Source of the DNA: Camelus dromedarius
Taxonomy: Eukaryota
Reading direction: 5' to 3'
DNA: 64,000 nucleotides
NCBI RefSeq assembly: GCF_036321535.1
Contig: NC_087436.1
Span: forward strand, 13,702,001-13,766,000
Position numbers and translations under genes: made by a program. Position 1 is the first letter of the stretch; each line of letters opens with the position of its first letter. Below, one piece after another: positions 50,831 through 63,399 of the stretch. The notes under the pieces are model-generated. The model ran no database searches and was not told the origin of the DNA. It saw only the letters and a program-made list of their open reading frames with translations.

Positions 50831-52199
50831 TAGGCAATGATTTAAATCCAACTCTGAATGTATTAACTGGAAGAACATGGCCTGACTTTAAGAGATAAAG
50901 ATTAATCATAATCCCAGCAGAATTACTTCACCAAAAATTCCTAATACGTGCATCTGCTGCAACTGTCAACTGGAACACTGTTGGACTGTTATTCAAACAG
51001 GACTTCACCTATTACCAATAACTGAGTGACAGTTACAGGAACCAACACCCGCAGGTAGGTCGCACAGCCCGGAAAGTCACTGTCGTACAAGGCGGCGTCC
51101 ACGTGACACAGTTGCTATGTACATTTCCACAGCGGTCACCTCGGGAGGCCACACGCTGCGTCTTCCCTTTCACAGAAGCTATTCTCTGGGCACTACCTTC
51201 AGATGCAGCAGTGGGCTCCTTTGGACATTCCACAGCTGACAAATCAGCTTTACTACTGGGGAAGTTTGGTTTTAGCTCAAGAGCCACATGCCATTCAGAG
51301 CCATGTTTGCTGGAACAAACTGGGTAGAAACAACAGGAACGGGAGTCGGGGTGTAGGGGGAAGCAGGTACGGCACTAAACCCAGGCTTCCCCACCTGGGC
51401 TAAGTATCCATATGGTAGAGGGAATAATGCCAGCAGGTAAATATGGCCATTTTCCTGAAACATACATTTTATTAAAAGATTTTGGGAGAAGGGAAAAAAA
51501 ACAAGGAATCACCAGTGAGTAACTTTTAAATGACTGCAAATTCTCAATAAATGCTTTTTTTTTTTTTGATTTCACAGAATTTTTATGCTCAGAGCACTTT
51601 TCAAAACTACATCCCCACTGTTATGCGGGGAAACACTAGGAAAGACTACAATAAGCACACAAGACTTCTTGCATCATTTATAAATTAGATGAAATGGCAA
51701 ACCCTAAAACAATGGTTCCAAAAACATCTTTATTGAGCACGAAGTCTGTGAAATACTGGCCAAACTACCATAGTAATTACTTGGAAAGTGGCAATGTGGG
51801 GCGGGGGGGGGGGGTGTCACTATCACTCTGGAGTCCTATTTCAGATGTGGAAGACTCTAACAACAAACTAATAATTTGATGACAATTTGTTTAAAACTAG
51901 ATTAACAAGCTCCTAGGAGACCCCATTATCTTATTATTGGTGTTCCTAGACAGAGAACACTGCCCTGGGAAATTCTATTTCTCCTTTAAACCTGGAAATC
52001 CCAGACTCTGACACCTTCTTAAGGATAAGCAGCTTGGTGTCACAATATGTCTGGAACACCTTTACAGAACTAATCAATACTGCTGCCAATATACTGCGAG
52101 CCATCTCGAGTATCTTTATTTCTCACTGACCCACCATGGCAAGGGGAGCAAACAGTAACCCAAAGAGCAATGCTTGCTGCATAAAGGCAGCCCAAAACT

Positions 52200-52280
52200 G
52201 GGGGGAAGGTTGTACAGCTCAGGGGTAAAGCACGTGCTTGGTGTGCACAAAGTCCTGGGTTCAGTCCCCTGGGCCTCTGT
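52200..52280 (+). mobile_element. vic-1-like SINE head, diverged, no typical tail
   Basis: ggggaaggttgtacagctcaggggtaaagcacgtgctt...gtcctgggttcagtcccc. Confidence 0.7.
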
Positions 52281-53529
52281 TGCGGGGGGGTGGGGGGTAG
52301 AAGCAGCGCCAAATGACCAAAATGTCAGCTCATCTCTTAAGACGTAAGTTGGGTTCCCAATGGCAAAACACCCAAGTATGTCTTGCTCAGAGCCATACCT
52401 TCACTCCTGTCTAAAATGAAGCTTCTCAAATCTTTTTTTTAATGCTTTTTAACCATGTGTAATTTCCATGGGGAATTCTTCCTGGGCTGTTGAATCTGCC
52501 TTGCTCTTTGCTTGGAACGCCCACCAGACTGCATGGATTCCAGTTACTCCACCATTAAATATTATGACAAGTAGTAATAAATAGTCAGGCCACTGAGCGG
52601 CAAGGGGAAGGAAGCCAATGAGGGTCAGACTTTCAGGGTTAGCTAAGCCACTTCCCCTAAAGGCACCCCTAGTCTAACGTCATGAACCCACAGGTCCTGG
52701 CGCTAGACCGCCACATCTACGGAACACACCCAAGCTCTCCAGACTTCAATTCCACTTTTTTGTTTCAGTAATACCAACATTAATGAAGTGTTTTGCCTGT
52801 CCTTATTCTAAATTAACCCTTCAAAATATACCTGGAATTATTAAACTTGGTTCAAACATCCTTTTCAACATAAAGATACAAATTAGCACAACCCTCATCA
52901 CTCCAGAGTGTGTAAAAATATATCTTTCTATCTATCTATCTCTCTCTGGTAGAAGTAAAAACTTCAATGAAAATCAGAATTAGGATTCTGATCCGATTAT
53001 ATTAATTTTCTAATTGATTTCATTTGAGGGCTACATCATTATAGAAGTGTCAAAAGCTCTGCTAAAAATTTCACAACCTAAGAAAACCCAAAAAGGAGTT
53101 CATGGCTTAACAAACTCAATACATACCAAGAACCCTGTTTAAAGCCTATATTCAAAGGACAACATCTAAATTATGAAGTTTATTACAGTCAAAGGGAAGT
53201 CACTTTATACCCTCATGACCACAAAGACCACGACTCAATCTGTTCACTCTACAACTTTCCTGAGACCATACAAACCTGTAGAAGGTACCACGAGGCACGA
53301 GGGAGAGAGCTCAGAACCCAGTCTCTTTAAAAACACACCGACTGCAATAACCCAATTTAAAAGCCACCAGCCCCTAATACTCATACCAGTACTGTGGTTT
53401 CAAGGGCAAACACAGTCTGTGCACTTGGATATGAAGAGCAGGTGAAGCACGACAAGCAATCAACGTCAAAGAAACGTTAAAAGTAGGAGGGGGGGCACCC
53501 CTATACTCAGCTCCTCTCCAAGGGGTGAG

Positions 53530-54470
53530 GTAGTAGGTTAGATGCTGGGGAATCAGTGGACTGAGACACGGACAGGTCCCCTGAGAAAGGCGACTGTACA
53601 CAGAGGGGTACGCGCCTGGCTGGGAGAAGCCCACAATGCACATGGAGCAAGACGGATGGATCAGGGTGAGGGGTCTGCCAGGGGAGAGAAGAGTGTCTGG
53701 GCAGCAGAGAGGGAGAGAGGGAGAGAGAGAGGCTGTGAGAATGAGGGGAAGTGAGAAGCAGGGGGAGGAAGGCCGGTGAGCAGCACCTCCATCACAAAAG
53801 GCCTTTGTGCCGTGCACTTTATCCAGAAGGTAAGGGGGTCCACAAAAGGCTGCTTGTCAGAGGAATAACAGGCAAGGATGTATCTTTTTTTTGGGGGGGG
53901 GGTAAATGGGTTTATTTACTTATTTATTTATTTTAATGGAGGTCCTGGGGATTGGACCCAGGACTTAGTGCATGCTAAGCATGCACTCTACCACTGAGCG
54001 AGACCCTCCCCCAAGGATGGACGTCTGAGATGCGTCACTTGGGTAGGAACGCGGAGAACAGGCTGTGGCAGCTGTAAAACCCAGGCAGGAGACCATCTGA
54101 AGAAGATGCTGCCAGACCTGGTGAGCCACTGGGGACGGGGAGTATGAGAGGAGGCGAGGGGATTCCTGACTTCCAGCAAAGGAGTTCAAGGTCAGCAGAG
54201 AGGAAGGGGCCACGCTGGAGGAGCAGCGTGGGGGAGGGGCTGCAGCAGACTGAGCCCAGAGCTGCATGCAGGACACACTGAGGCGAGCTCTGTAGGCAAG
54301 TGCACAGGTGAGGCCCCTGGGCAGCAGGTACCACTGAGTTCAAGTTCCTTCTCTCCATAAAAAGCCCAGAGAGCAGGCATGATCGCCCAGGGACATGACC
54401 GAGGGGAAGAGAGGGCATTCAGGATCAGGACGGAGTCTGGGGAGCCAACTTCAGGTTTAAGATGCATGAT
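53530..54470 (-). mobile_element. L2 fragment
   Basis: Purine-rich reversed L2 text (tagatgctgggg, caaaaggcctttgtgccgtgc, ctgagttcaag). Confidence 0.45.
53885..54011 (-). mobile_element. vic-1-like SINE
   Basis: ggaggtcctggggattggacccaggac...gcatgctaagcatgcactctaccactgagc; flanking caaggatg repeat. Confidence 0.9.
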
Positions 54471-55689
54471 CCTATCAACAGGGAAGGAACTTGAGGGTTG
54501 TGCTAAAAACACAGTTTCCAATTTCTGAAGGAAAACAAAGAAAAGTGGAGAGGAGTTCTGTTCCCTGAGGGGCTCTGAGATCCCTTCATCGCCAAAAGGA
54601 AGCTTCCCTGAAGATTAAGTCGTTTTTGTCTGCAATTACATCTTTCAGTACGCTGCTGAAAGGTTAATGAGATTTCCTTCGTGTTCTGACTCTTCTGATG
54701 GCCTCTAACGGCTGTAAACGGTTTCAGGAGAACACATGTTGCTGCTGCTTCCAACCAGATAAAAGCACATTTTTTCAGAAAGGGGCCTTCCACAGCAACT
54801 TAGCTAGCCCCAGCCAGTCAGTATTTGTGATTTAACATGATCATTTCAAAAGTTGACATAATATACTATTCATACTTGGCCAATGCTGAAACTTTTCACC
54901 TTCTAACAAATACACTCCACAAAGGCGTATGGGAGAGCTGGACCTGCTTCCCGGAGAGCAGTCGATTCTCGCTCCCCTCCGCTCTCCCCCTGAATTCACA
55001 GCAGCACTCTTTCTTTCTCAGCGGAGGAACAGATGACTGTGGATATCCGAGAACACCCCAGAGAAAAAGGGGGATTGGACCAGAGAGAGGGAAGACATTT
55101 TTCAAATATTGCTTCTTTGGCTTTCAACCAAGAACAATTAAATAGCATGCACGGAAGATGAAGTCAAGATAATATAAACAAAATCTTCAATGAGGCCAAT
55201 GACCCTAAAAGCTTTCCCGAACTTTGAGATTACAGGCAAGCAGCTCTGGTGCCCTGCGCCGGCTCCCCAGTCAGCAGTGGTCTGGTTCTGGTCCCACCAT
55301 GGGCAGCCTGGGAGTGAAACACAGAGCCCCCTTCACGGTCTAGACTCTCCAGCGACATGTCAGTGCCGCCTACACTTTCCCCGGGACGTCCTGAGACTCT
55401 CTTTCATGGTCAGATTGCTCTCTTGAATCCAAGTCAGGAGCCGCTCTCCTATATGGGTTCTCTCAGAGACCCGCTCATTTTGTGGGATTCACACATGCTG
55501 GTTCTACTGAAGTCAAGTTCATTTTTCCTTTTTTTTTTTCTTTCCTTTCTTTTTCTTTTTTTTTCTTTTTCTTTTTATCACTCCCCAAGAGGTGCAATTT
55601 TCCAGTTTCCAATTTAACCCTTCCCACCTGCTTCAAGTTCATCTTAATCTCACTAAAGTTAGCGCAGCAGGGGAGTGATTAAAATGACA

Positions 55690-57010
55690 ATCCGAAAAGC
55701 ATTTGAAAAACGTGTGAAGAGATACCAACAACTTCATAAATCAAGTTAAGGGAAAATGGCATGAAAAGAGCAGGGCAAACCTAGGACTGATCACAGCCCA
55801 GAGTAGAAAATGAATACCCGCGCCATAAATAAATGACTGAGTAAATCGATGGATGGGAGAGAAGAGACAAATCTCCCACACAGAAGAATTCTAAATAATT
55901 CATGGAGGTGGAGTGTAATTCCACTTAATGACTCGCCTCTGAAGAAAGAGGTTTAAGAAAAAAGTCACTTTACAGTGGAAAGAGCTGACCAGCAGCACCT
56001 CCACCAGGTGGCCAAGGTCAATGTCAAGTGCTAAGTCACGCTGACAGCGGTACCCTTGACTAGGATGGGAATGCTCCTCCTCCCCAAAGCCCATAAACTC
56101 AACCAGACAGTAACAGAAAAGAACAAATCTGACTCCACATTAGAGCCGTTCCTTTGGCTTTAACCCTGTGCTCTGTTTCCTAGGCTTAGTTCTGCTGGCT
56201 CTGAACCTTCTGCAGAAAGTTGCCTACAGCCTGAAATATACAGGAGAGCCCATTCTCAAGACTCTGACCTTTAAGGGCATAACACCTTCGCATTCGTATA
56301 GAGATAACAAGTTGCAGAATAGGAAAAGTTTGTTTTGTTGGAGGTTTTACAGGGACACCATGATCTGACCCACGTGGACAGCTGCAAGAACAAAGGATTC
56401 CAAGAACAAAGGATTCCTACACCAGGAAGTCTGCAACAACCAAGCACACCCCCTCCCCTTTTTAGGAAAAAAAGAGCCTGAATTCAGATTTGGGGAAGAT
56501 CGTTCTCCAGGACGGTAGTCGGCCATCTTCTAGGTTGGCGGGTTTTCCAAATAAAGTCATTATTCCTTGCCCCAACACTTTGTCTACCGAGTTACTGGCC
56601 TGTCGTGCAGCAAGCAGAACGACTTTGGACTCGGTAACAGAAGCATGAGGAAAAACCTCAGACCACTCCACATGGATGGACACTTTACAAAACACCTGAC
56701 CAGAACTTCAAAACAGCCAAGGTTTCGAAAGTCAGGGACGTCTGACTGTCACAACCCAGAGGATCTTAAGATGTGACAACTAAAAGGAATATGATGTCCT
56801 GGGTAGGACCCTGGGACAGAGAACATTAGGGGGAAACCAGGAAAATCCGGATAAAGAATGGAGTTTCGTTCATGGTAAAGAACCCGTGCTGGTTTCTCAG
56901 CTGTGACAAATGTACCCCAGTAACATAAGACGCTGACATTAGGGTAAACTCTCTGCACGATCTTTACAGCTTTTCCATGTATCCTAAAAGCAAAAGGTTT
57001 AATTTAAAAG
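55690..57010 (+). mobile_element. L1MC-type 3' region interrupted by an LTR
   Basis: ctttacagtggaaagagctgac, gatgtgacaactaaa, tctcagctgtgacaaatgtacc and other L1MC 3'UTR motifs on both sides of the LTR. Confidence 0.65.
56109..56639 (+). mobile_element. ERV1-class solo LTR (MER41-like)
   Basis: Begins gtaacagaaaagaacaaatctgactccac, has AATAAA at 56550-56555, and ends ggactcggtaaca like MER41-group LTRs. No clean TSD seen. Confidence 0.7.
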
Positions 57011-57395
57011 TCACAAGAGATTATATGAGTTTTGAAAGTATTAAAACTTTCACCTTCTTAAAAAAATCCCTTCTGTGCAGTAGAAGGTAAATAAATAGTA
57101 AGAACTCTGGTGATTACTTTACCCATCAAAGGACATCAGATTTAGAATTCACAGAGAGAACACGAGAAGCTACGGAAATGGACACGAAGGTGTTCTAGAA
57201 GGTTTTCAACATCCAACCTGCATCATGAACTTGCTGTCACACAAGAGGAAAAAAAATCTCAACTGAAAACAAACAAACAAAAAAACCCAAAAGCAACCAA
57301 GAGGCTTGGAAGTCCAGCTAAAAGGAAAGCAACTAGGGATAAAACACAGCAAAATGCTGGAATAGTTGATTCTGAGAAGATTAAAACATATAAAT

Positions 57396-58191
57396 CAGGG
57401 CTGACCAAACTGTGAATCATGATTAAGGAGTTTTGAAATCAACTCAGCCGTAGCAACTAGCATTTTTTGAATGAAATAAAAAAGTTCCCTGGACAGATGG
57501 TCATGATGGTTACAAACAATGTGAATTTATTTAATACCACAGAACTCTACACTTAAAAACAAATGAACTACTTATTATTTATTACTTAGATGACTGATTT
57601 CTTGAATATGCATAAGCATATTTGACTGTCCTTTAATATTAGATTACTGCATTCTGTTGATTCTTATTTTGTGGTTGGCTTTACTCCTTTGATAACTATA
57701 TAAATTTAAAAAGCCAAAGCTCTAATCTGTTCTTAGAAACAATGTACATACATATAAACTAAAAAAAAAATGCAGTACACTGTATATATGTATTTACATG
57801 CAACATAATGTATATGTGTGCAAACTGTAATCATTCTACCTATTAAAACTGAAAAAGGAAAAAAAAATACACACATAAAAACAAACAAAACAAGTTCCAT
57901 GGACAGATGGTCGTGATGGTTGCACAATGTGAATTTACCTAATATACAGAACTCTACACTTAAAAATGGCTAAAATGGTAAATATATTTATTTTGCCACA
58001 ATAAAAAAAAATGAAATAGAAAACAGAGGACACCACAGGTAGCAAAAGTAAGCACTATTTTATACATAAATAAATAAGCATACAGGGACATATTCACACA
58101 TCCACACAGGTTGCCTTTGGGTGCGCAAGCAATGGTGATGTAAAATGTATCTTTTACTGTGAGTCACTGTCAAAAGGCTTGAAAGCCACTG
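57396..58191. mobile_element. Old hAT-like MITE split by an L1MB-type tail and a further insert
   Basis: Ends cagggctgaccaaact ... ttgaaagccactg; inner L1 tail 57482-58010 flanked by the aatgaaata repeat. Confidence 0.45.
57560..57891 (+). pseudogene. Putative retrocopied 3'UTR fragment or orphan transduction
   Basis: AT-rich non-repeat-like sequence with ATTAAA at 57842-57847 and a decayed A-tail, flanked by ~77-bp direct repeats. Confidence 0.55.
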
Positions 58192-59999
58192 TCTCAATCT
58201 CCCTCACTCCCACACCTTCACTCTGATAATCTGTGTCAAATCAGCAACAAGGATAAAATCCGACTTAATACCTTTACCTGTGACGAGAAGTTGGTGAAAA
58301 GAAACTGGTTCTCATTCATAAGAAAGAGGAGAACTACACCTGGAAAAGAGGAAAACCAGGGCCAAGGCACACACACAAGGCCCCCGGAGCCCAGCCCGGG
58401 CATTCCCACTCCACACTCACCTCCCCTGCCCACCTGCCCACCTGCCCCCTCCCCGGGACGTGTTCCATCAAGCCTGAGATTCCGAGAAGACAGCCAAGCG
58501 GGCTGATCTCCTTCCCACTAGATCCTCTCCCATCACAGTCATCCTCTCTCCCCAGATGCTGAACTGGAATTCCAGAAGCCCTCCACGGTTTTCCTCTCTC
58601 CCTCTCCACGACCAAGTCAACAGAAATTCATCTCAGACCCCTCCTCGTACTTCCGTCCCCACCACCGCCAGCCCAGCCGGAACCACCACCAGCACTTCTC
58701 AGTGTTTCTTGCTTCCAGACCCTCAAACAAGACTGTGACAAACTCTGAACGCTGCCCCATATAGTTAAGTGACCCCAGTATTTAAGGTGTTACACTCCAC
58801 GTTTAAATGTTTGCAAAGAATGTAATTTCTAGTGTACTGTAAATATCAGCGTTTTTCATAAAACTCACACTTTTTCAAATATATTCAAAGGACTCTAAAT
58901 ACCACTGCAATGACATCTGTCATCATCCATTTTTGAAAATATACAGAGAGGCTTTTTTTCCTCTCTTGCTGAAAAGTCCCACAAAGAATTTGAAAGTAAT
59001 ATATATTTACATTCAAAGCCTTATTCAATAAAACTGTAAATTGAGATTTCCTGTGACCACAGGGTCGAGACCTTAAATTTTTTTTCTTCTGAATTATTGA
59101 TGTGATTTTGATTAGCACACAACTAATCAAACCAACAAGTTTCACAAATTTAGACAGGTAACTGAACATACAAATTCACATTTTATTAAAAATGCATCCT
59201 TTAATGAGATGGATGGACCTGTCTTTCCCCCAATTGGTTCATGTCAATATTACTGCTAGAATGAGACAGCAGTGATCAGCACCAAGTTCATCTTACCGTC
59301 CTTGGTTTTTTTTTGTCTGTTTGGTTTGAACATAAGCACTGGAAAAGCTTGTTCACACAAGTACATGTGATTCAGGAAGCAGCTTTGTATAGCACTGGCC
59401 CTAGATTCTCTAAACTCCCTCAGCACTTGATCCAAAAATCACTTTATCTATCATTGAAAAGAACTTTTGATGGTCTAATAACTGCCAATTTGATCGGGTC
59501 CGCCTTCAATTTTACAGAGAGATTTGAAAACCACCAGAGTACAAATCAATCTGTCATCCAATCAGAGTTAAACTGCTTTCTCCTAACCAATATTTCACAC
59601 TGTCCCTTCGCCCAAAATGAAGCACACAGCAGGATCAGGGCTGGGTAAGAAGTATGCCCTTCTTTGGCAAAGTGGAGATGTGAGATTGCAAAAGAAGACG
59701 TGGAAAAGGACAACTTGCAACCTACAGACAGATTAGTTTCAGGAGAATATACAAATGTTGGGGATTAAAAGCTGATCCTCTGAAAGTTATCCCCATGCCC
59801 AGGTACCACTTAGTATCTTCATGTACCCCCAAGGGACCAGATATCCCAGTTTGACAACTAACCAAGACTGTCCCATGGCCAAAGCAGTCTCTTAAAAATT
59901 TAATTTTCATCTTTTGATTTGCTAGCCCCTGCTTTAAATCTTTTGACAACTCATCCCACACTTAAAAAACATTAAAAAATAATAATAATAATAAAACCC

Positions 60000-60370
60000 A
60001 ACCTCCTTACTGTAGCCTCATCTCACTATCCTACAAAACCACATTACCTGCCCCAAGTTCCTGGATTGCTGCCAGGGCTTCCTACCACAGGGCCTTTGCA
60101 CCTGTCATTCCCTCCACCTGCTGAATGGCTGCTCCCACACATCCTCCAGGCTTCAGCTGTCACCTCTGACCACCTGACCACCCTATCCACCTCATTACTC
60201 TCTACTACAGAAATCTAATTCTTGATAGTTCTTATTATAAGCATACTTTTTTTTTTTTAACAATAATGTCTGACTTCTCTATTACACACAAACAGGTCTT
60301 GGTCAATGTTTTAAGTCCAGCACCCAGCACCATGCCTGATGCTCCATAGATGTTTGTAAACAAGAAGGAA
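60000..60370 (+). mobile_element. L2 3' end
   Basis: agggcctttgcacctgtcattccctcc ... cccagcaccatgcctg. Confidence 0.65.
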
Positions 60371-60617
60371 GGTGTAAGCACGCCATGGAGAAGTGAAGTT
60401 GGTGTGGGAGGAGGGGGTACTTTAACAGCTTTCTGTGCAACCTTATTTTAAACAAAGTCATATTAATTATTAGAGAGTACAGACACCCCAATGCCAAAGA
60501 CAAAGGTACATCACAGATAATATTAGATATACAAGCACAGACATAGGCCAAGACTTCAGATAGCATCCTAGCAGGCAAGGAAATTCAGCATATATTTGCT
60601 CCCACTTTTTTCCTTAC

Positions 60618-60661
60618 CTTTGCTCTTGAGAATGGTCCTCCATATCCTCTTCAGAATCACC
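60618..60661 (-). CDS. TMEM131L: Internal coding exon (44 nt, phase 0 to phase 2) of transmembrane protein 131-like, probably exon 3
   Basis: Minus strand reads gttctttctcaatag|GGTGATTCTGAAGAGGATATGGAGGACCATTCTCAAGAGCAAAG|gtaagg, with a canonical acceptor and strong donor. It translates to GDSEEDMEDHSQEQ(S), matching the recalled human TMEM131L segment ...[27 protein letters not shown]... Confidence 0.88.
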
Positions 60662-60765
60662 CTATTGAGAAAGAACATGCTTTAACAGTTGTTTCAAAGG
60701 AACATGAAATCTCCAAAACAACAAAACAAATAAAAAACTGTTCTTCAACTCTCACAGGGGTGACG

Positions 60766-61352
60766 ACCCCAATGTTCACAGCAGCACGATTTACAACAGC
60801 CAAGACATGGAAACAACCCAAATGTCCATCAACAGATGACTGGATAGAGAAGTTGTGGTGTATTTATACAATGGAATACTAATCAGCCATAAAACAGAAT
60901 AAAATAATGCCATTTGCAGTGACATGGATGCACCTGGAGATTGTCATCCTAAATGAAGTAAGACTGAAAGAGAAAGAAAAATACCATATGTCACTCATAT
61001 GTGGAATCTTAAAAAAAAAAGACACAAACGAACTTATTTATAAAACAGAAACAGACTCACAGAGAACAAACTTATGGTTACCAGGGGGTAAAGGAGGTGG
61101 GAAAAGATAAATTGGGAATTTGAAATTTACAGATACTAATGTATATAAAATAGATAAACAACAAGGTCCTACTGTATAGCACAGGGAACTATATTCAACA
61201 ACTTGTAATAAGCTATAATGAAAAAGAATATGAAAATGAACAGATGTATGTATATGTATGACTGAAACACTATGCTGTGCACCAGAAATTGACACACTGT
61301 AAACTGGCTATATGTCAATTAAAAGAAGAATGCAAATACAATTTTTAAAAAA
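60766..61352 (+). mobile_element. 5'-truncated camelid-type L1
   Basis: ORF 60907-61110 MPFAVTWMHLEIVILNEV is the L1 ORF2 end; direct repeat tctcacag at 60750 and 61353. Confidence 0.92.
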
Positions 61353-62533
61353 TCTCACAGACATTCAATAAATATTTATTGGAAAAAAGAATGACATTAG
61401 AATGACACCACTAAAAGCCATAAATTGCCAAGTGATCTCTTAGATAGTCATTGTAAGTAAACATTCTACCTATTAAAATCACAGCCAAAACATAATCTCA
61501 AAATTCGACAAAACTCCTCTCTCCACAAGCCTTTCTTTGATGTTTAAGTTTAATCACACGAGATAAAATTTAATGATAATTCAAATCCCCCAATATCAAA
61601 AATGCACTGTTTAGCTCAGACTCCTCCAAATGAACCAATGGTATATTTTGACACCAACGTAAAAAGGCTGATAACATTATACATGGCATACATATCATAC
61701 TCGAAAGGACTTTCAACATCTTCTCCAAGACTGCCAGGGCCAAAATGGGACCAAAAATCACATACCGGGAGGGGAAAAGGAAAGGTGCTTGCAATAGAAA
61801 CGGAAGGGCAGATCCAGTTAAACGCTTCACTGCTGTCTGCCTGGAAGATGCGCTGGTGACAGAAGAGTCTTCCCCAAGCTCAGTGGCTTCGGGAGTACCG
61901 ACCCTTTCCGTTCCTCCAGCTTCTCTTGGTCACACTGCCCTCTTCCTCCCCATCACTGCCAGTCCTCCTGGGCCCAGACCCCTCTCCACTAATGCCCTCC
62001 AAATGCTGACCTACGCTGGCAACCATCAGACCAAACCCCAGCCTCCGGCCCCAACTGCTCAATCACACATGCAGATACTCAACAAAAGCCTATCCTCCCA
62101 CAAGAGCCAAGGCTCGGGTGGCTCTGGTCAGCACAGCACTGAGCCGTGCCCAGCACATGCCAGGGACTCCACGGTCCGTGTCAGATGAATTCGTTTACAG
62201 CTCCAGCCCTACTGCCAGAACCTCCAGGATATACGCACTTTGTGTCCCCAGAGACAATTATGACCCATACCAGACTTCTCAAAGACAGGGGTCCCTGCCA
62301 AGGGCCTCCTTCTGTTCAGGATGCCATCATACTCCTTGACCCCTGGGCAAACCTTAAGGTCATCTTACACTGGTCTCCTTTATCTCCAAGCATGAGGACT
62401 TACCCACTCATCGGAAATAAAGTTCAGACTGTCCTCCATCCTGTCTGCCAGCAAATTAGACCAAGCCTTCAGTAGCCCAGGCCTGCATTACCACCACAGA
62501 CGGGCTTGTCACTCTGTTTAAGACGGCTGCCTC

Positions 62534-63307
62534 TCAAGGACAGGGAGAAAAGGGGACCCTCATGCACTATTGGTGGGATGGTAAACTGGTACAGCCACTA
62601 TGGAGAACAGTATAGGGGTTTCTCAGAAAACTAAAAGCAGAACTACCATATGATCCAGCAATTCCACTCTTGGGTATATATCAAGAAAAAATGAAAACAC
62701 TAATTTGAAAAGATACATGCACCCCAATGTTCACAGCAGTACAATTTACAATAGCCAAGACATGGAAGCAGCTTAAGTGTCCATCAACAGATGAATGGAT
62801 AAAGAAGATGAGGAATATATATTTAAATGTTTATGTATGTACGTGTGTGTGCGTACACATACACACAATGGAATATAACTCAGCCATTAAAAATGATGAA
62901 ATTTTGCCATTTACAACAATATGGATAGACTTGGAGGTTATGCTTGGTGAAATAAGCTAGAGAAAGACAAATACCATATGATGATATCATTTATATGTGG
63001 CATCTAAAAAAAAAGACAAACTAGTAAATATAACAAAAAAAGAAAGATTCACGGATACAGAGAACAAACTAGAAGTTACCAACGAGAAGAGGGAAGACAG
63101 GGGTAGGGGACTAAGAGATACAAACTACTATGTATAAGATAAATAAGCTACAAGGATGTATTATTGCACAGCACAGGGAATCTAGCCAATATTTCATAAT
63201 AATTATAAATGGAGTATAAGCTTCAAAAATTATGATCACTATGTTATACACCTGAAATATATGTATATTGCACATCAATTATATCTCAATTAAAAATTGT
63301 TTTTAAA
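62534..63307 (+). mobile_element. 5'-truncated L1
   Basis: ORF 62727-62960 MFTAVQFTIAKTWKQLKCPSTDEWIKKM; degenerate TSD aagacggctgcct/aagaatgctgcct. Confidence 0.92.
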
Positions 63308-63399
63308 AAGAATGCTGCCTTCAACCCATCCTGTGTGTCAACGAGGAACCAACCTTCCTCAACATCAGTCATTACTTCCCACCTGCATAGTATGGACCC

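Larger units (their letters stand above)
1..60617 (-). other. TMEM131L: Long intron downstream of the exon (TMEM131L intron 3, partial)
   Basis: Starts with GTAAGG at 60617-60612 on the minus strand. I found no sequence encoding the next expected residues (FSDKLFSGKGLHFQ) in the window. The human intron at this position is recalled as very long. Confidence 0.75.

Noticed and set aside
4404..58339. Idea that the 62-, 17- and 14-nt candidates (93 nt total) are co-included to keep frame
   Set aside because: The 62-nt segment contains an in-frame TGA after the phase-2 exon.
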